Source of the DNA: the human T2T-CHM13v2.0 reference genome, Homo sapiens
Reading direction: 5' to 3' (one strand)
Assembly: GCF_009914755.1 (NCBI RefSeq)
Contig: NC_060944.1
Length of the DNA: 64,000 nucleotides
In this document: positions 56,751-64,000 of the stretch, piece after piece
How positions within the stretch are numbered: position 1 is the first letter of the stretch
Layout: each line of letters begins with the position of its first letter
The notes under the pieces: generated by a model
Told to the model about the DNA's origin: nothing
Seen by the model: only the letters and a program-made list of their open reading frames with translations
Database searches by the model: none
Translations under genes and position numbers: made by a program

Positions 56751-56843
56751 CAAATATGACCCATCCCCCAAATACGACCTGTCCCCCAAATACGACCTGT
56801 CCCCCAAATACGACCTGTCCCCCAAATATGACCTGCCCCCCAA
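56751..56843. repeat. 18-bp minisatellite, 5 copies
   Basis: Unit caaatacgacctgtcccc; the three central copies are identical. Confidence 0.95.
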
Positions 56844-57248
56844 TAACTGGCAAATTCTTCCGGACCCTCAGAACCCTCACTCACTCCTTTTGTCTGTTAA
56901 TCTCAGCCTGGCGGTCCCTAGAACTTCTACTTCTCTAGCAGTTTTTCCCCTGCTTGTGTTTTTGATATTTCTTCCCATCTTTTTTCTTTGTAGATTTGAT
57001 ACCATTATCAACTTTCTAGTCAATGTTTTATGCAAATGATGTCAGTCTCATTTTCCAGAATACTATAGACTCATTCAACCTTGCATACATGGTCATTTTT
57101 TGCAGTTTGAGGCCATCTACTTCCCTGAATCAATTTTGGCACAGACATTATAAACTCCATTTTATGTATGAAAACAATGATGCCAGATAGGGTAAGTTAC
57201 TTGTCTCTGATTATGCAGTCATGGGACAGGAGACACCTCAATTCTTAA

Positions 57249-57953
<705 letters not shown>

Positions 57954-58454
57954 AGACACCTGAATTCTTAAGACAATGTGTGTTTCACAGCAGGAGTGGC
58001 AGGAAGATTTTGTCTGGCATGATATTCTAGCAGATGAGCAGAGTCTGCTTAAAGCACTGTACTGAGAAGGGTTCTGAGGCCTCATCCACGGTCAGTGCTG
58101 TCATCAATTACAGATGTCTGCCACAGGCAAGGGAGGGAGAAGTGGCAGGGGTCTACTTGGTCTACACTAGGTTTTGCTATTATTCCTCAGAATTTTGGCT
58201 CATGCTCTTGAGACGTCATGGTGCTTGCAGACTATGTGGAAGGAGTCTGTGGGAATAAGATCAGTCACTGTGGCTGGCTGTGCTTTAATAATTAGCTTTC
58301 CTTTTAGGCCCAATCAAGATTTGCATTTTAACATAAACTTACAAGTAGCGAGAGAACTTAGTCCTCACCTATCTATAATCCCTCCCCATCTTCTTCACTT
58401 CTCTTCTTTCCAGTTTTTCCAACAGATTTTCAGGCAACACCATAGCAGACCAAT

Positions 58455-58517
58455 ACTGTCTACTGGGTGGGATTTGGGGCCATAAAACTGTCTACTGGGT
58501 GTGATTTGGGGCCATAA
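58455..58517. repeat. 32-bp-period tandem duplication
   Basis: actgtctactgggtg(g/t)gatttggggccataa x2. Confidence 0.95.
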
Positions 58518-58579
58518 CACTTTTAATTGGCTTGAAGATCTCTTGAGGGATGGGAAGAAGGATGGGTTTCAAAGTGAGA

Positions 58580-58830
58580 CTACTCAGGGCTCAAATTCCA
58601 GCCTTGCCAATGACTTGCTGGGTGAACTTGAACTGCTATCTTTGATCCCAGTTGTTTTCTATACATGGGGGTAACCATTCCTATTTGTAGACTTGCAGTG
58701 ATAACTAAACAACATGATGGGGACAAAGAACATGAGGTAGGGTATTCATTCATTTGTGCATTCATTCATTAATTCAGAACAGTTTGCAGAGGGTCTGCTA
58801 TGTGTTAGGCTCTGGGAGTCCAAAGGTAAA
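58580..58830. mobile_element. MIR (+) and L2 3' end (-) fragments
   Basis: gctcaaattccagc...acttgctgggtgaacttga; ttcattcattaattcagaacagttt...tgctatgtgttagg. Confidence 0.6.
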
Positions 58831-58833
58831 TAA

Positions 58834-59194
<361 letters not shown>

Positions 59195-59959
59195 CACCCC
59201 ACCACAAATTCTAAGAGTCATGTGTCAAGGTCGTGGGCAAAGGGGTGCACATGATGCTTCCCCACATGGGGAAAGGGGTGGTCATGGGGAACTTCCCTAA
59301 AGAGAAATCTCCAAAGCTAAAATTTGAAAGACAAAGGAGATGCTTTCAGGAGGTGACAGGAGAGGAGTAGTCACCAAAGCTGCAACAGAAGTTTTCTCTT
59401 CACTATGTAGCAATGGTGTCTCATGGGCAATGCTAATCTTCTGCTCTGCATAATTTCTGGGGACTCAGAATTTCAGGCATCCCGGAGGGATCCTCTGAGA
59501 CATAACCCTTCTCTTAAGAAATGATGTTATCCTCAAGATGCGATAAAGCAACAGCATATTAACAGTTGACAGAACTACTCCTTCCTCAGCCCCAGGACTC
59601 TGGGTGGTTGGTCCCGTGGTGGCTGTTTCTGGGGAAGGAGGAGGCAGGAAGAGCAGGGGGCAGAGCCCAGCTCAGGGAAGATGGAAAGGCACAGCATGGT
59701 TCTCCTTGAAGAAGTCTGTGGTTACCCATTTATATTTAGCCAGTAAAATGAAATGTGCCTGCGGAGGCTGGGTGTAAATTGTTATTTATTGCTTTGTGAG
59801 AAAACTCCCACATGGGGTTCTCTGGCAAGGGAAGCTTTGCAAAATATTTTTGGCAGAAGCAAGGTATGGCTTTGATTTCCACTTTGCCTCTAATGTTTGT
59901 CAACGTGTCACCGTTGAGAGGGAAAACAAAATCGGAGCATGCATTTTTGGCCAAGTTTG

Positions 59960-60080
59960 TTTATTAGTTAGCATATATTTATTGAGCAATCACTGTATGC
60001 TAGGTGCTGGGGATATAGCGGTAATAAAGGCAGATGTGGTTCCTGTCCTTACAGATGAGATAAGACAGATGATAAACAAT
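59960..60080 (-). mobile_element. L2 3'-end fragment
   Basis: atatttattgagcaatcactgtatgctaggtgctggggata. Confidence 0.7.
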
Positions 60081-60499
60081 TTTAATAACATTTGGGGGTA
60101 AGGGCCCAAGAATCATCCATTCTCTCATTTGGACTCTCAAGATGGGGGGCAATGAAACAAATGAAATCCAAAGTATTCGCATTATCAATGGCTAGGAAAG
60201 ACCCAATAGGCCACCAAATTCAGAACTCTCTGGTATCAGGCAAATTAAAGAAGTTGGATGAAATTTGAGGTCAAAGTAGAGCCTTCTCTCTTCCCAAATC
60301 TAGACCTTGGAACTTACCTAGAAAGAGAAAAACAAAGAAACAAGTACTGTTACCCAGCCAGCCTCAGGCCTGTGGCCAACAAACTGGAGAGAGAAAGACT
60401 GTGAAAGACAGGCCTGTTCCTTACAATGACTCTGCCCTCTTTTAACAAAGTGTGTCTTCAATAACATTCTAAACATCCTAAACTTTTATTGGATGTTGC

Positions 60500-60936
60500 T
60501 TGTAGAAATGGTTCTCTGCTACACCATTTGCAATGTAACTTGGCACTTCATCCTTCAAGACATAGAATCTCTTTTCCCTGCCCTTGAATCTGGGCTGGCC
60601 TGGATTGCTTTGGCTAATTGAATGCAGTGAAAGGGATGGCATGCCAGGCCCAGCCTAAGCCTCAAGAAGCCTTATGAGCCTGCAGTCTCACTTTTGGAAG
60701 CTTGCCACCACCCTATGAACAAGCCAGGACAGATAGCTGGAGAATGAGAGAACAGAGAATGGGGCCAGGCCCCAGGCAGGTGAGAAAGCCCAGCCAAGAT
60801 CAGCAAAGCCATTCCCAGCCCACAGTGGATGGCAAATGCATGATCAGCTGACCTAGCTCCGATCAGCAGAACCACCTAGCTAGCCCAGAGAGTGGTAAGC
60901 AGTAATAAATGGTTGTTTTAAGCTACTAAGATTTTG
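60500..60936 (+). mobile_element. MLT1E/F-like LTR
   Basis: cccttgaatctgggctggcc...gcctaagcctcaagaagcc...aataaatggttgttttaagctactaag. Confidence 0.75.
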
Positions 60937-60942
60937 TTTTGA

Positions 60943-61250
60943 AGACTCTATTTTTTTAGAGCAGTTTTAGGTTCAAAGCAAAATTAAGCAGAAGGTACAG
61001 AGATTTCCCCTATGTCTCCTGCCCCTCCCCCATTATCCACATAGCTTCCTCCATTATCCACATCCCCTACCAGAGTGGTACATTTGTTACAATAGATAAA
61101 CCTACATCAATACATCATGATCACCCAAAGTCCATGGTTCACGTTCGGGTTCACTCTTGGTGTTGTACACTCTGGGTTTGGACAAATGTATAATGAGATG
61201 CATTCATCATTATAGTATCATGCAGAGTATTTTCAGTGTCCTCTATATCC
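60943..61250 (-). mobile_element. L1MC-like 3' end
   Basis: tttttagagcagttttaggttc...ccagagtggtacatttgttacaat...cacccaaagtccat. Confidence 0.85.
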
Positions 61251-62479
61251 TGAGTTTGTCAGTTTGGAAGCTGAATTTACCCAGAGCTTAACATCACAGA
61301 AAGCAAGTCATAGTTTGAGAGTATATGGACAATGATCTTAGCTCCAATTCTGGCCACGGCATCTTATCAACATCAGCACTCAAAGTTACCACTGTCCATA
61401 TGAGGACCACCACATCTGATAAGAATCAGCAGCATAGGGCTGCCTAATCCATACAACCTATAGGCAAATGGTTGAGGTAGCAGGGCCAGCATATACATGA
61501 ATCAGTTCTAGAACCAACAACTTTGGGTTCACTGATTTTCATAGAGCAAGGGTGGGGACAGAAACATCCCTAGGGGAACCAATCCCAGAGAGAAAGCTTC
61601 CCACTAGATTAGTATAAACCTGGAGGTTTCATAGTTTCGTGGCATTTGCTTCCACTTCAGTGGTGACTGCTGTCCCTCTGCTCTCTGAACATGTGAAAGT
61701 CGAGTTGTGGGCTGCAGATTCTGGACTTCACTCCAGTGAGAGTCCTGGGAAGAATTCAGTCTATGATGCCTAGGTTGCTGCCAGGAAGTGATCGAGTGTC
61801 CACACTCTCAAGGTAACTATTGGATCATCACAGAGGCTGAAGTACAGTGGTCTCCTATCCCTACCCCAAAGAAATGTTTTGGCGAGGGAGGTACGGTTGG
61901 GGGCGGGGATGGGATGGATATTGATAAGCATGTTTAGCCTAGATAGATTACACAATTTTGTACTGTGTAATCCTCTTATGTAGAGTAATTCCATAATGAA
62001 TGCAAGTTGTTTAAAAAGGCTTCTGCTTGTCAGTTTTCAATTATGGTCAAAGCCAGGAAGGCTGAAAGCCAAGCTGTTTCACTGGAAATCTTCAAATGCC
62101 CATAGCTTTGACACAAAACAAATGTCTGGAGCCTCTAGGGTACATTGATTGACTAATCCCAAACTCCACAGCTAATTAGGAAAAAAAGATAATGACACTG
62201 TTGTTCTAAATCAGGCCAGTCTCTCTGGTCACAAGGGCTCATCTATTCTTACTCTGACAGTTCAGGTCCTTCCTTTTGGTTCCTGCTTCTCCCCTGTGCC
62301 CTGTGCTGCTGGAGGGGCTTGTCACCCTGAAACATAATTTCAAGCTGGCTAATCAGAACATTGACCGTGTAACCCAGCCAATCAGACCTTTTCTGGGGTT
62401 GATGTAGTTTGTGGGAGACAAAGGGCCTCTCACTTCTCTGAGATGCTCTGTAAATTACGACCTCCAAAGGAGCTCCTAG

Positions 62480-62700
62480 ACTCATCTTTGCCAGAAAGAG
62501 TGCATGAAAAGAAATTCACCCCAAAGAGAAACAGGGCAGAAAGATGGGGAGAAAGGAGCAGATACTGGAATCTCCTTGAAACCTGGATCTAGCTAGACTG
62601 GAATTCAGACGTACCTCTGGACTTTTGAGTTCCATTAATTCATAAGTTGCATTTTCCTTGATGTGGCTTTAGTTGGGTTCCCCTCCCTTATAAATGACTG
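62480..62700 (+). mobile_element. Old MLT1 LTR fragment
   Basis: acctggatctagct...cctctggacttttgagtt...ttagttgggtt. Confidence 0.45.
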
Positions 62701-63873
62701 TGCATAGAGGACAGAGAAAAGCCAAGACCTTTGGTATCTTTGTGAAGAAAGGCCAGAACTCCCCAACCATCAGGGCCCTGTAGGAAAATAAGTTTTGCAG
62801 GAATAGCTATGGGAGCCAGCAAAGGGTACTACTAAAATGCTCGCTTCGGCTGCTCTCAGTGCCTGAAGTCTCTGTCAGAAGAGCTTGGCCTTGGAGGCAG
62901 CATCATTTTTTGTTAAACTATCAAAGCCTCTGGAAGAGGTAGTGCAAAAGTGAAGGAGAGGCATCCTTGAGAAAAAATGTTACCATGGTGAAGGAAAATG
63001 GTTTTCTTTCACCAGGTTAGCATGAAGTAACTCCTAGCAGACTGTGGCTCCTATGGCATCATTCTAACTCCTGGGAAAAATACTCTTGACATCATGATCC
63101 CAACATTCAGTCTGAATGAGTGAGTCTTTTGAAGGCATTTCCAGGGTATTGGCAGGTTATTGGGGTGTCTTGTGGGTGCCCCTTAAGTAATATTGCATTT
63201 GTGGCATCTACTCCACTTACACCAAGGGCTGGTCCTCGCCTGTTGATGGTCATTCCAGGTGTAACCATCCAGATCAGAGCTGCTAATTGAGGAACACCCT
63301 TCCTCTCTCCCTCAAGGGCGAGCGTGTGACTTTTACTTGAGTGAAATCTTCTGTTGGGGTCCAATTGAACCTGCAGATTGTTCTTGACTGACTCTTGACT
63401 ATTAAGAGACTATACTATGTGGGAAAGTACACCATTTAGAAGCAGGGAATAACTTTCTGGAGGAATGTCACAAAAGACCCTCTCTACCTCCCCAGGAGCA
63501 AATCCTTCGCCTACAGTTCTTTTTCATTCTACACTTCTCCCGTGCAATGAGACCATAATTAAAACACTGTGAGAAAGAATTAGAAATACTGCTTCTGAAC
63601 TTTAATTATAAACTCCATACTCAGGTTCCTTGGGGCTTACACAGGCAGTCCACAGTCTTATTTGTTCTCTAGAACTTGGAATCCATTTCTCTACTAAATC
63701 ATTGTTGGCAACATGCCCAGCCCAGGCCAGTCCACTATGGCTCATGTTAGCCATGGTTACCTGAATTATAGTGTTAACAGTCCTCAACCAGGGTTATCTG
63801 GTTGCAAGCAACAGAAAACAATTGTGACAAAAGTTAGCAAGAAAAAGAAATATGTTGGGAAGACATTGGGTAG

Positions 63874-64000
63874 TGTGTCAGTTAGGGTTCAATGAAGGGA
63901 GAAAGTTGTAATGATTATTATGGAATAAGAGATGTAGTAGGAATTTGACCTCACAAAGTTGTAGGAGGAGCTAAGGAAGAGAGGTTCAGCAAGAGGAGTA
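63874..64000 (-). mobile_element. ERVL-type LTR end running off the window
   Basis: tgtgtcagttagggttcaat...ggaatttgacctcacaaagttgtaggaggagct. Confidence 0.35.

Noticed and set aside
56751-56843. CRISPR-like array
   Set aside because: Head-to-tail repeats with no unique spacers, in eukaryotic context with no cas genes
61250-62000. Unclassified sequence tested as a pseudogene or ERV internal region
   Set aside because: The frame I translated had frequent stops and no recognisable motif; it cannot be assigned without a search
62838-62850. TGCTCGCTTCGGC identical to the U6 snRNA 5' end
   Set aside because: Only 13 nt; similarity collapses afterwards, with no tail or TSD

Overview
Primate (human-like) non-coding genomic DNA, intergenic or deep intronic, dominated by interspersed repeats: about 15 Alus (J, S, Y), old L1 fragments including a ~10 kb minus-strand block at 39-49.5 kb, L2/MIR relics, hAT DNA transposons (MER5, MER58, MER91, Charlie) and many solo LTRs (MER41A, LTR6-like, LTR54-like, five LTR16-like, MST/MLT1, two MLT2A). 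I found no credible protein-coding gene, RNA gene or CRISPR array; the ORF track is explained by repeats and chance. I cannot support a new multi-gene biological system. The best leads are: (1) an AluJ carrying a probable 3' transduction inside one TSD, within a multi-level transposon nest at 13.7-15 kb; (2) a decayed envelope-glycoprotein-like reading frame at ~0.6-1.1 kb; (3) a repeat-poor NF-kB/AP-1/STAT motif cluster at 22.4-24.5 kb; (4) an Alu-associated ~1.1 kb deletion in an L1; (5) a twin-primed L1; (6) a perfect 17-bp palindrome equal to the lambda operator consensus; (7) an 18-bp VNTR. Repeat subfamily names are from memory of consensus sequences, not from a database search. Boundaries without a stated TSD are approximate.
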